A stretch of 51,209 nt of DNA from Candidatus Omnitrophota bacterium. Lineage in GTDB: Bacteria > Omnitrophota > Gorgyraeia > JABMQH01. The stretch spans positions 1 through 51,209 of the forward strand of contig JABMQH010000181.1 of the NCBI GenBank assembly GCA_013203355.1, given 5' to 3'. Below, piece by piece: positions 9,252 through 17,476 of this stretch. A model generated the notes under the pieces. That model had not been told where the DNA came from, ran no database searches, and saw nothing but the letters and a program-made list of their open reading frames with translations. Position 1 is the first letter of the stretch; the number at the start of each line of letters is the position of its first letter. A program made the position numbers and the translations under genes.

Positions 9252-10150
9252 TTTATTCCTTTACTCCTTTCATAATGATAAAGGTATTGCTGCGCATATC
9301 CGGCATACTCTCCAAAATATTCCCCGGCAAATTCCCTTATTCTTTTGTCGGTTGTCTTTCTGCTCTTAAAATATAGCTTTTCGACAATCCTTTTAATCCA
9401 TACATCTACGGGGAATGCCTCAAACCTTCCTATAGCATATAAAAGAACGCAATCCGCAACCTTCTGCCCAACTCCGTCAAGCTGCATCAGGTTTTCTTTG
9501 GCCTGAGCGTAGCTTTCGGTCTTTAAAGTTTCGACATCAAGGTTGCCCCTTGCAAATGTCTGTGCTGTCTTTTTTAAAAATGGTGTTCGAAATCCAGCGC
9601 CGCAGCGCCTGAGTTGATTCGGCGTAGAATCAGCAAGCACCTCTGCGCTCGGAAACGAGTAGCTTACCTCATCGCCTAATACAAGACGCCCGCCAAAACT
9701 CCGTGAGATATTATAAATAATACCTTTTATCCGCGGGATATTATTATATGCTGAGATTATAAAAGACGCCAGACACTCCCACAATGGCTGTCTTATGATC
9801 CTCAACCCTTTAAACCTCCGCAGGCTCGATTCTATGTATTTATCCCCCCTTATTGTATTATAAATATATGCTAAGTCAAGGTCTAAATCGAAGTAAGAAG
9901 TAACGAATGAGGGACTTGCGGAGGTATCTTGTGTTCGGATGATAAGCTTGTTTTTGTCCTGCCTGATGCGCAGCATTGATGGGCCTACTACACCTAAATA
10001 TTCATCCCTGTCAACTTTGGCCCATCTGAATACCTGGCCGCATTCAAGCGTAGACTTAAGATCAAAATTATCTACATGGAGCTGAAATGACTTTAAAGGC
10101 CTTTCTGTTTTCAGCACTTGGAATAGCCGCAAGACCTGCAGACCATGCAA
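9248..10150 (-). CDS. ogg: 8-oxoguanine DNA glycosylase / AP lyase (OGG1-type, HhH-GPD)
   Basis: OGG1-like N-terminal CGQVFRW. HhH-GPD segment LMQLDGVGQKVADCVLLY...FPVDVW. The start is uncertain: TTG at 10150 or GTG at 10117, which overlaps the nrdJ stop. Confidence 0.75.
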   Translation of the reverse strand: MHGLQVLRLFQVLKTERPLKSFQLHVDNFDLKSTLECGQVFRWAKVDRDEYLGVVGPSMLRIRQDKNKLIIRTQDTSASPSFVTSYFDLDLDLAYIYNTIRGDKYIESSLRRFKGLRIIRQPLWECLASFIISAYNNIPRIKGIIYNISRSFGGRLVLGDEVSYSFPSAEVLADSTPNQLRRCGAGFRTPFLKKTAQTFARGNLDVETLKTESYAQAKENLMQLDGVGQKVADCVLLYAIGRFEAFPVDVWIKRIVEKLYFKSRKTTDKRIREFAGEYFGEYAGYAQQYLYHYERSKGIK

Positions 10151-12378
10151 CCTTCTTCATGGCGAAGGGCACTACCGCAATCCGGGCAAACCCCTACAAT
10201 ATTACCGCTAATCTTTTTTGTCTTCGGAGTAGGTCTTTGTTTTTCAGCTGATGGAAGTGGAGCGCTTTCCTCGCGCTTCGTAAGGCGCCGTTCAACCACC
10301 CTTGCTATGGCATCCGCGCAGGAAAATATCCTCCCGCCTTTTTCCCAACTCGGTGAAGGACACCTTATGCCTCTTAATTGTTCTATAATTGCGCTTATTT
10401 CTATGCCGCTTCGTAAGGTCAGTGAAACCAGCCGGGCTATTGACTCCAGCTGACTGGCAGCGCATCCACCCGATTTACCCATCTGAGTAAAGACCTCGAA
10501 CGGCAGGCCTTTATCATCTTCATTTATGGTTACGTATAAATTGCCGCAGCCGGTGCCAACCTTTGTAGTGGTACCCCTTGTAACGACCGGCCTTGGCCTC
10601 GGAGAAATCTTCCTCTCTGTATCCGCCTCTTTTTCCGGCTGGGTGTCTTTGCTTTCAATATTCAACACCTGTTCCGCCCGGCTCTTATCTCTGTAAATAG
10701 TGATGCCTTTGCAGCCAAGCTCATAAGCCAATATATAGGCCTTTTCCACATCTTTGAAATCGGCCTCCTGCGGGAAGTTTATCGTCTTAGAAACAGCATT
10801 ATTCGTAAACTTCTGAAACGCGGCCTGCATCCTTACGTGCCATTCCGGTGAGATATCATGGGAAGTAACAAAGGCCTCCCTTATATCTAAGGGGACCTCT
10901 TCAATATCAGCAAGGCTGCCTTTTTCGATTATCTTTTTCATGAGGCCTTCGCTATAGAAGCCTTTCTGGACGGCCAGTTCTTTAAAAAGATTGTTCACCT
11001 CGATGAGTTTATCGTTGTCCATGACATTCCTGTAATATGCCAGGGCAAACAAAGGCTCTATCCCGCTTGAGCAGTTTGCGATGATGCTAATTGTCCCCGT
11101 AGGCGCTACAGTGGTAAGTGTCGCATTTCTTAAAGGGGGTGATCCGGGGGTGTTATAAATACTATTCTTGAAATTCGGAAACGCGCCTCTTTCTTTTGCC
11201 AATTCAGAAGAGGCCTTTTTGGCATCTTCTAAAATAGTCTCCATAACCTCTTCTGCAATTTTAATTGCCTCTTCGGAATTGTAGGGAACCTTTAATTTAA
11301 TCAGCATATCGGCAAACCCCATAATGCCAAGGCCGATCTTTCTGTTTGACCTTGTCATGTTTTCGATCTTTTTCAAGGGGTATTTATTCATATCTATTAC
11401 GTTATCCAAGAAATGAACGGCAGTCTTTGCGGTCCGTTTTATTTTCTGCCAGTCTATCTTCCCGTCCTTCACCATCTTTCCCAAATTTATAGAGCCCAGG
11501 TTGCAGCTCTCATAAGGCAGAAGTGGTTGTTCGCCACAAGGATTTGTGGATTCTATCTCGCCCAACTTCGGTGTGGGATTATCCCTGTTTAATCTGTCCA
11601 AAAATATAAGGCCGGGCTCTCCGTTCTTGTGCGCCATCTTTACAACCAAATCAAAAACCTCTCTTGCCTTTTTGGTGCCTGCCGGCTTCTTGGTATGGGG
11701 ATCTATTAATTCATATTCCTTGTTGGCTTTAACCTTTTTTATAAAATCTTCTGTTACGCCGATAGAGATATTAAAATTTGTAATCTCCTTATCGCTTTCT
11801 TTGCATGTAATAAATTCCAGGATATCCGGATGATCAATGCGAAGTATCCCCATGTTCGCCCCACGCCGGGTACCGCCCTGCTTTACCGCCTGTGTCGCTG
11901 AGTTAAACACCTTCATGAAGGAAACCGGCCCGCTTGAAATCCCGCCGGTAGAACGGACGGTAGAATTCTTTGGCCTTAGCCTTGAAAAAGAAAATCCGGT
12001 ACCCCCTCCGGATTTGTGAATCATAGCGGTATCTTTTATGGTCTCGAAAATAGACTCCATCGAGTCATCTATCGGCAAAACAAAACAGGCCGAAAGTTGC
12101 TGCAGGTCTCTGCCGGCATTCATAAGTGTCGGAGAGTTGGGTAAAAACTCAAAGTTTGTAATGGCGGAATAGAACAGGTCTTCTGTCTTTTTTAAATCAA
12201 TGTTTTTGTTATAGAATTTATCGGCTGAGGCAATGTTTTTGGCAACGCGCCTGATCATGTCTTGCGGTGTTTCTATAGCTTTGCCCCGTTCATCTTTTTT
12301 TAGATACCGCCTCTCCAAAACAACCTTTGCGTTTTCTGAAATCGTTAATCCCTCTCTCTTCTGTACACTTACTGACAT
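10111..12378 (-). CDS. nrdJ: Adenosylcobalamin-dependent (class II) ribonucleotide reductase
   Basis: 755 aa. Shows [10 protein letters not shown], the catalytic-site block [18 protein letters not shown], and a C-terminal Cys-rich zinc ribbon CPDCG...CMVCRSCG. Strong SD AAGGAGGAG. Confidence 0.9.
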   Translation of the reverse strand: MSVSVQKREGLTISENAKVVLERRYLKKDERGKAIETPQDMIRRVAKNIASADKFYNKNIDLKKTEDLFYSAITNFEFLPNSPTLMNAGRDLQQLSACFVLPIDDSMESIFETIKDTAMIHKSGGGTGFSFSRLRPKNSTVRSTGGISSGPVSFMKVFNSATQAVKQGGTRRGANMGILRIDHPDILEFITCKESDKEITNFNISIGVTEDFIKKVKANKEYELIDPHTKKPAGTKKAREVFDLVVKMAHKNGEPGLIFLDRLNRDNPTPKLGEIESTNPCGEQPLLPYESCNLGSINLGKMVKDGKIDWQKIKRTAKTAVHFLDNVIDMNKYPLKKIENMTRSNRKIGLGIMGFADMLIKLKVPYNSEEAIKIAEEVMETILEDAKKASSELAKERGAFPNFKNSIYNTPGSPPLRNATLTTVAPTGTISIIANCSSGIEPLFALAYYRNVMDNDKLIEVNNLFKELAVQKGFYSEGLMKKIIEKGSLADIEEVPLDIREAFVTSHDISPEWHVRMQAAFQKFTNNAVSKTINFPQEADFKDVEKAYILAYELGCKGITIYRDKSRAEQVLNIESKDTQPEKEADTERKISPRPRPVVTRGTTTKVGTGCGNLYVTINEDDKGLPFEVFTQMGKSGGCAASQLESIARLVSLTLRSGIEISAIIEQLRGIRCPSPSWEKGGRIFSCADAIARVVERRLTKREESAPLPSAEKQRPTPKTKKISGNIVGVCPDCGSALRHEEGCMVCRSCGYSKC

Positions 12379-12440
12379 CTCTCTCCTCCTTTACAAAAAT
12401 AAATTTCTATCCTCAAACCGTGATTTGCATTTGCAATATA

Positions 12441-12469
12441 AGTATAACACGTTGGGTTAAAGGTGTCAA
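12441..12469 (-). promoter_or_regulatory. Sigma70-type promoter for nrdJ (TTGACA-17-TATACT)
   Basis: On the minus strand, TTGACA is at 12469-12464, followed by a 17-nt spacer and TATACT at 12446-12441. This lies about 60 nt upstream of the nrdJ ATG. Confidence 0.55.
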
Positions 12470-12475
12470 GAAAAA

Positions 12476-12491
12476 ATACAATATGTAGTAT
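12476..12491 (-). promoter_or_regulatory. NrdR box 1
   Basis: The minus strand reads ATACTACATATTGTAT. By my count that is 13/16 to the NrdR consensus acaCwAtATaTwGtgt as I recall it. Confidence 0.6.
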
Positions 12492-12506
12492 TTTCACGAC
12501 TATAAA

Positions 12507-12522
12507 ACACCACATATTGTAT
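12507..12522 (-). promoter_or_regulatory. NrdR box 2
   Basis: The minus strand reads ATACAATATGTGGTGT (13/16 to the recalled consensus). Its start is 31 bp from the start of box 1, the typical tandem NrdR spacing. Confidence 0.6.
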
Positions 12523-12531
12523 AAAACAAGA

Positions 12532-12569
12532 CCCTTTTGAATAGGCGTTTTGAGCCATACCCAAAAGGG
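12532..12569 (-). terminator. Possible terminator after the small membrane protein gene
   Basis: CCCTTTTG (12532-12539) pairs with CAAAAGGG (12562-12569). On the minus strand the hairpin is followed by TCTTGTTTTAT. The 22-nt loop is long, so this is a weak call. Confidence 0.35.
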
Positions 12570-12594
12570 CAAAATAGTTTATTGTATTAACTTT

Positions 12595-12813
12595 TTATTT
12601 TTTCTCTTCTGCCGGTGCGACTTCTTGTTTTGCTTTGCTTGCACCCTTAAGTTCGCTCATCCCTGCTACCAGTGCGATCAATCCGCCAAGTATCAATACT
12701 ATCGGCACGGTCGCTTTAAGTGCGCTTATAAAAAATGGGAACCAGCTAATCAAACCTATTAATCCAAGAAGTATCACAACCAATCCGCCTGTTATGCTAA
12801 TGTATTTTCCCAT
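12595..12813 (-). CDS. Small two-TM membrane protein, function unknown
   Basis: Two hydrophobic helices and a K/E-rich tail. The ATG at 12813 is preferred because SD AGGGAGG lies 8 nt upstream. The GTG at 12822 would sit inside the SD. Confidence 0.6.
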   Translation of the reverse strand: MGKYISITGGLVVILLGLIGLISWFPFFISALKATVPIVLILGGLIALVAGMSELKGASKAKQEVAPAEEKK

Positions 12814-12876
12814 TAATTGCACCTCCCTATTTTAAAGCATAATATCACATCTGTTTTAATTATGCAACGGAAATAC

Positions 12877-13263
12877 TTATCTTTGTTTTGATCCTTTTTT
12901 CTGAATTTCTTTTTCTAAAGTATCCAGTCTTTCTTCCAGGATGATATTTTCGTTTAACACCTTATCGTATTCGGCCCTCAGGCTTATCTTTTCATCCACT
13001 ATCACATCATACTCTTTTCTCAAGGCATCCTTTTCGCTCTGAAGTTTTTCATATTCGCTTCTTAGGGCGATTTTTGCTTCTATGTTCTTGTCGAGTTCGG
13101 CCTTGAGTCCATTTTTTTCACTGACCAGATTGTCATACTTGGCCTGCGTGGCCTCTTTTTCCTTCAATAAGGTTTTGTACTTATCTTTCGGTACGCCACA
13201 CCCTGCCAGAAAAGCAGAAATTAAAACTATCGCCACTAAACCCGCTACTCCTTTATGACGCAT
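12877..13263 (-). CDS. Coiled-coil lipoprotein with repeated L..EY/EK heptad-like units
   Basis: Lipobox LAGCG. Repeats such as LRSEYEKLQSEKDALRKEYDVIVDEKISLRAEYDKV. SD AAGGAGGGG. Confidence 0.6.
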   Translation of the reverse strand: MRHKGVAGLVAIVLISAFLAGCGVPKDKYKTLLKEKEATQAKYDNLVSEKNGLKAELDKNIEAKIALRSEYEKLQSEKDALRKEYDVIVDEKISLRAEYDKVLNENIILEERLDTLEKEIQKKGSKQR

Positions 13264-13283
13264 AACCCCTCCTTTTTAAAATA

Positions 13284-13763
13284 TTATCTTTGTGCCTCAT
13301 GGCCGGAAACGGCAGACTCAGCAGGTGTGCCGGTTAAATATTTCTGCAGCTTCTTCCACGTAATCGGCCCAACCTTTCCATCTGCTTTAAGCCCTTTCAT
13401 CTTCTGAAAATCTTCAATCGCCTCCCTTGTCAGCGGACCTACCTTACCGTCTATCTTTCCGAAATACAGCCCTGCATTTTCGAGTGCGGCCTGAATCTGC
13501 TTGTTGGCTTCTATCTTGTTGGATGACAAGGGTGTCTCCGGCGCATCCTGTTTTACTTTTATTCCAATCTGGATCGGTTCTGATTCATACACGGCTTGGA
13601 AACTTATTTCATCAGGCGAGGTGATGGTTTGCGTGATAACCTCTTTATCCTCTTTACCAACGTCGAGATCATAAAGCCCTTCGATCTCCTCTGTTTTTTT
13701 AGAACAGCCGACAGCGACAAAGGCGATTAAGGAAAGAAAAATAACTAATTTATATATTTTCAT
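13284..13763 (-). CDS. Lipoprotein with C-terminal peptidoglycan-binding (PG_binding_1) domain
   Basis: Lipobox AVGCS. The C-terminal LENAGLYFGKIDGKVGPLTREAIEDFQKMKGLKADGKVGPITWKKL is a typical PG-binding repeat. Confidence 0.7.
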   Translation of the reverse strand: MKIYKLVIFLSLIAFVAVGCSKKTEEIEGLYDLDVGKEDKEVITQTITSPDEISFQAVYESEPIQIGIKVKQDAPETPLSSNKIEANKQIQAALENAGLYFGKIDGKVGPLTREAIEDFQKMKGLKADGKVGPITWKKLQKYLTGTPAESAVSGHEAQR

Positions 13764-13797
13764 CTTATATCCTTATAATTCCCTAATTTTAGACAAT

Positions 13798-13824
13798 ATT
13801 ATAGCATTATTTTTACAATGTCAA
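13798..13824 (-). promoter_or_regulatory. Candidate promoter for the 13763 lipoprotein gene (TTGACA-15-TATAAT)
   Basis: On the minus strand, TTGACA is at 13824-13819 and TATAAT at 13803-13798. The spacer is only 15 nt, which is shorter than optimal. Confidence 0.35.
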
Positions 13825-13894
13825 GAGAAAACGCCTCTCAACTTCCTATTACGTAAAAATTCTTCGAACCAAGAAGGCGAAGAACAAAATTTAG

Positions 13895-13923
13895 TGGACT
13901 CAGATGTGCTTTTTCTGTATAAT
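13895..13923 (+). promoter_or_regulatory. Candidate promoter for the NSS transporter (TGGACT-17-TATAAT)
   Basis: TATAAT at 13918-13923 and TGGACT at 13895-13900, with a 17-nt spacer. It lies inside the ORF-track N-terminal extension, which argues against the 13894 start. Confidence 0.45.
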
Positions 13924-13986
13924 TTAATCCGGCACTTCCATTCTGCAAAAAGTGCCATGAAACAAGGAGCGGCGGGGTCAAAAACA

Positions 13987-15546
13987 ATGGCGCAGAAATT
14001 GAAAAAAAGGCAAAGCTGGGGTACGAGACTCGGAATAATAATGGCTGTTGCCGGAAGTGCCGTCGGCCTGGGAAACTTTTTAAGGTTCCCTGTCCAGGCT
14101 GCTCAAAACGGTGGCGGCGCTTTCATGATACCCTACTTTGTCTCGCTGCTTTTATTGGGCATACCTCTTATGTGGGTCGAATGGACAGCAGGCCGATATG
14201 GCGGCGGTTATGAGCACTCAACGGCACCGGGTATATTCCACAGCCTGTGGGAGAAAAATCGGTTTATAAAATATTTCGGGGTCATAGGGATATTCGGTCC
14301 GTTAATTATACTTATTTATTATACCTATATAGAATCCTGGACGCTTGCATACAGTGTCTTTTCCCTAACCGGCAAGTATAGCTCCTGCCATGACCAGAAA
14401 ACGATGCAGGATTTCCTGCAGGGGTTTCAGGGCCTTCAAAAAAATCAACATTTTAACGGTATCGGTTGGGCATATTTTTTCTTCTTGATCACCTTTTTTA
14501 TAAACTTTGCGGTTATCTCTAGGGGAATATCCAAGGGGATAGAAAAATTCTGTAAATACGCGATCCCCATATTATTTTTATTTGCGATATTGATAACCAT
14601 CCGTGTCCTGTTTTTGGGCACGCCGGATCCGAGCAGGCCTGACTGGAATTCTTTAAACGGGCTTAGCTTTTTGTGGAATCCAAATTTTGCTGCTTTAAAA
14701 AGCGCCAAGGTCTGGCTTGCGGCGGCAGGACAAATATTTTTCACCCTCAGCGTTGGGATCGGGGTGATCTTAACTTATGCAAGCTATCTTTCCAAAGGAG
14801 ATGATGTCGCGCTGTCGGGGCTTACGGCTGTCGGCACGAATGAATTCGCTGAAATAATATTGGGCGGTTCCATTGTCATAACAAGCGCTTATGTCTTTTT
14901 TGGTCCGCTGGGAACGCAGGAGATTGCCCAATCAGGTGCGTTCAATCTTGGATTCGTGACAATGCCCCTTATATTCCAAAAATTGCCCATGGGTGCATTA
15001 TTCGGAGGGCTCTGGTTCATGATGCTATTTTTAGCAGGCGTAACCTCCTCAATATCGCTTGCACAGCCCGCCGTCGCCTTCCTGGAGGATGAATTCGACA
15101 TAGACAGAAAGCGCGCAGTTTTTATATTAGGGGTAGCGTGTTTCTTATTATGTCAGCCGGCGATATTCTTATTGGGCCGCGGGGTGGTAAACGAGTTAGA
15201 CTTCTGGGGAGGCACATTCTGCCTTGTTTTATTTGCTACAATTGAAATAATTCTTTTTGCGTGGGTCTTTGGAATAGACAGGGCCTGGGAGGAAATACAT
15301 AGAGGGGCCGATATCAAAATCCCCAGGATTTATAAATTCATCATAAAATATATTACGCCTTTATTCCTGTTCTGTATCCTGGGATTCTGGCTTTATCAGG
15401 AGGGGATCTCGTTTATCTTAATGAAAGGTGTGTCTGATGCGCAGAGGCCTTACATCTTTGGGATAAGACTGCTTCTTGTAACCATATTGGCTACGCTGAT
15501 CATACTGGTAAATCTTGCCTGGAAAAAGAGGAAGATAAAAAGATGA
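13987..15546 (+). CDS. Sodium-dependent neurotransmitter:sodium symporter family (LeuT-like) amino-acid transporter
   Basis: WGTRLGIIMAVAGSAVGLGNFLRFPVQAAQNGGGAFMIPY is nearly identical in pattern to the LeuT N-terminus. The ATG at 13987 has SD GGAGCGG upstream and matches the LeuT N-terminal length. Alternative start: ATG at 13957. Confidence 0.9.
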   Translation: MAQKLKKRQSWGTRLGIIMAVAGSAVGLGNFLRFPVQAAQNGGGAFMIPYFVSLLLLGIPLMWVEWTAGRYGGGYEHSTAPGIFHSLWEKNRFIKYFGVIGIFGPLIILIYYTYIESWTLAYSVFSLTGKYSSCHDQKTMQDFLQGFQGLQKNQHFNGIGWAYFFFLITFFINFAVISRGISKGIEKFCKYAIPILFLFAILITIRVLFLGTPDPSRPDWNSLNGLSFLWNPNFAALKSAKVWLAAAGQIFFTLSVGIGVILTYASYLSKGDDVALSGLTAVGTNEFAEIILGGSIVITSAYVFFGPLGTQEIAQSGAFNLGFVTMPLIFQKLPMGALFGGLWFMMLFLAGVTSSISLAQPAVAFLEDEFDIDRKRAVFILGVACFLLCQPAIFLLGRGVVNELDFWGGTFCLVLFATIEIILFAWVFGIDRAWEEIHRGADIKIPRIYKFIIKYITPLFLFCILGFWLYQEGISFILMKGVSDAQRPYIFGIRLLLVTILATLIILVNLAWKKRKIKR

Positions 15547-15650
15547 CCATGCTCGGATGGATATTTCTAATACTTTCCTGGGGGCTTATTATAGGGTTAA
15601 ATATATTCTGCTTCTATAGGATACTAAGCTCAAAGAAAAAGATTAGATAG
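15543..15650 (+). CDS. 35-aa single-TM micro-protein, MetS-like small subunit of an NSS importer (not in the ORF track)
   Basis: ATGA overlap with the transporter stop. Translates as MTMLGWIFLILSWGLIIGLNIFCFYRILSSKKKIR: one hydrophobic helix and a basic tail. Confidence 0.5.
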   Translation: MTMLGWIFLILSWGLIIGLNIFCFYRILSSKKKIR

Positions 15651-15651
15651 C

Positions 15652-15834
15652 CTATTTTACTATTATTGCTTCTACGGGACACTCTCCGGCAACCTGACTT
15701 AAATCACACTGACCAGGATCTTGCGAAACCACATGTGCCATATTATCTTCCGTTATCTTGAACATTTCCGGGCAAGAACCTTCGCATAACCCGCAACCTG
15801 TACAAAGAGACGTATCAATCGTAACCTTTGCCAT
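15652..15834 (-). CDS. Small single-cluster ferredoxin
   Basis: 60 aa. CTGCGLCEGSCP plus a distal CP (ECPVEAI), as in Thermotoga/Pyrococcus-type ferredoxins. SD GGAGGGA. Confidence 0.9.
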   Translation of the reverse strand: MAKVTIDTSLCTGCGLCEGSCPEMFKITEDNMAHVVSQDPGQCDLSQVAGECPVEAIIVK

Positions 15835-15901
15835 ATTCTATCCCTCCAATCTGACCTTTTATACCCGAAGAGATCTCTCCGCGGCAAAAATGGTAAAAGT
15901 T

Positions 15902-15929
15902 ACTATACCATTAAATAAAAATTTGTCAA
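15902..15929 (-). promoter_or_regulatory. Sigma70-type promoter for the ferredoxin gene (TTGACA-16-TATAGT)
   Basis: On the minus strand, TTGACA is at 15929-15924 and TATAGT at 15907-15902, with a 16-nt spacer. Confidence 0.5.
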
Positions 15930-15948
15930 TACTTAAGTTTTCGGCAAT

Positions 15949-16980
15949 TCAATGCCTCAATCTCAGCTGACCGCAGGCCGCTTCTATGTCCGCGCCCCTT
16001 GGATTTCGCATCGTAGACACGATGCCTTTTCTATCCAGGGCGCTCTTGAACATTCTTGTGCAATCCAATCCGGGCGGGACATAATCCAATCCGTCAACCG
16101 GGTTGAATGCTATCAGGTTCACCTTTGCCAGCATCCCTTTAACCAACCCTGCCAAGTCCTGCGCATCCTTTTTCGAGTCATTAAGGCCTTTTATCAGGAC
16201 ATATTCAAAGGTGATCTGGCGGTTTGTCTGTTTTGCATATCCCCGACAGGCCTCCATTAAGTCCTTAAGGGGATATTTATTATTGACACCCATGAGAATC
16301 GAACGCGTTTTATCATTTGGGCTGTGAATGGAAACCGAAAGTTCAATCTGTAATTTTTCTTTCGCAAGCTTTTTGATTCCCGGGATCAGCCCGCAGGTCG
16401 AGATCGTAATCTTTCTTTGGCCGACGCCAAGGCCATACGGTGCATTCAGGATCCTGACCGCCTTTAGCACATTATCGTAATTATCAAGCGGCTCCCCCAT
16501 GCCCATCAATACGATATTAGTTACATGATACTTGTTTTTTCTGAAAAATAGCGCCTGATTAATAATCTCGGCAGGCCTTAGGTTCCTTACAAATCCCGTT
16601 TTGCCGCTTGCGCAGAATTTACAGGCGAATTTACAGCCGACCTGCGAAGAAAGGCATACAGTGCTGGTGCTCTTGGAAGGGATAAAGACACTTTCTATTT
16701 TTTCGCCATCTTCCAATTGAAATAAAAATTTTTTCACTCCATCCTTTGATTCCAGCTTTCTTACAACTTCCAGATCGCTTATATAAAATTTTTCATCGAG
16801 CGTCCTACGCAATCCAGCCGGAAGGTTGTTCATGCCGCTAAAATCGTCGGCACATCTCCGATACACCCAATCGAGCACCTGTGTGGCCCTGAAGCGCTCA
16901 GCTCCGAGAGGGGCAAAGCCTTCTGCGAGTTTTTCCTTTAGTAAATCCTTTATGTCTATTTTTCTATCGGGTTGGGTCAT
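15949..16980 (-). CDS. rlmN: 23S rRNA/tRNA (adenine-C2)-methyltransferase, radical SAM
   Basis: Radical-SAM CKFACKFCASG, GMGEPLDN, and a C-terminal catalytic Cys (EAACGQL). Confidence 0.9.
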   Translation of the reverse strand: MTQPDRKIDIKDLLKEKLAEGFAPLGAERFRATQVLDWVYRRCADDFSGMNNLPAGLRRTLDEKFYISDLEVVRKLESKDGVKKFLFQLEDGEKIESVFIPSKSTSTVCLSSQVGCKFACKFCASGKTGFVRNLRPAEIINQALFFRKNKYHVTNIVLMGMGEPLDNYDNVLKAVRILNAPYGLGVGQRKITISTCGLIPGIKKLAKEKLQIELSVSIHSPNDKTRSILMGVNNKYPLKDLMEACRGYAKQTNRQITFEYVLIKGLNDSKKDAQDLAGLVKGMLAKVNLIAFNPVDGLDYVPPGLDCTRMFKSALDRKGIVSTMRNPRGADIEAACGQLRLRH

Positions 16981-16999
16981 ATATGCCTTAGAAAGGCCG

Positions 17000-17470
17000 T
17001 TAGCGTGAAATGTGAATTATTTTATACTGCAAAGAGCCTGCGGGGACTTCTATCTTTATTAAGTCACCTACCTTATGGCCTAAAAGCGCCTTTCCGACAG
17101 GTGATGCTGTCGCAATCTTGCCTTTCGAGATATCCGCCTCTTCCTGATTAACGAGCATATACACGGTCTCTTCCTTTGAGTCCAAGTCTTTCAGCTTGAC
17201 TATGGCGCCCAAGAAAACCTTATTCTTGTCAATCTTTTTATCGTCCAAGATGGCTGCGCAGCTTAGGCTTTGCTCAAGCTCTGCGATCTTTTTTTCAAGA
17301 AGGCCCTGGGCCTGCTTTGCGGCGTCATACTCTGCGTTCTCACGCAGGTCTCCGAGAGAACGGGCGTATGCCAATTGCTTTGATATCTCCCTGCGCTTGG
17401 TCCTTTTAAGATATTCTAATTCCTTACGCAGCTTTTCATAACCCTCTTGCGTTAACTGAATTCTTTTCAT
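17000..17470 (-). CDS. greA: Transcription elongation factor GreA
   Basis: 156 aa. N-terminal coiled coil with GDLRENAEYDAAK. C-terminal SP.G.ALLG.KVGD. Confidence 0.95.
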   Translation of the reverse strand: MKRIQLTQEGYEKLRKELEYLKRTKRREISKQLAYARSLGDLRENAEYDAAKQAQGLLEKKIAELEQSLSCAAILDDKKIDKNKVFLGAIVKLKDLDSKEETVYMLVNQEEADISKGKIATASPVGKALLGHKVGDLIKIEVPAGSLQYKIIHISR

Positions 17471-17476
17471 TTACGT

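Noticed and set aside
12379-12440. Cobalamin riboswitch in the nrdJ leader.
   Set aside because: The predicted 5' UTR is only about 60 nt and lacks a B12 box. NrdR boxes explain the regulation.
12369-12572. 67-aa ORF upstream of nrdJ, and the plus-strand ORFs at 12550-12835.
   Set aside because: They cover the nrdJ promoter, the NrdR boxes and a terminator-like hairpin. The W/C/F-rich composition looks non-coding. The plus-strand ORFs are antisense to the small membrane protein gene.
13894-13986. N-terminal extension of the NSS transporter (GTG at 13894), and similar ORF-track extensions at 27249, 39184, 39671, 41777, 46016, 18907 and 32362.
   Set aside because: The extensions contain promoter hexamers or SD sequences that serve a downstream in-frame start. 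Homologue N-termini (LeuT, YggU, PurF propeptide length) fit the shorter forms.
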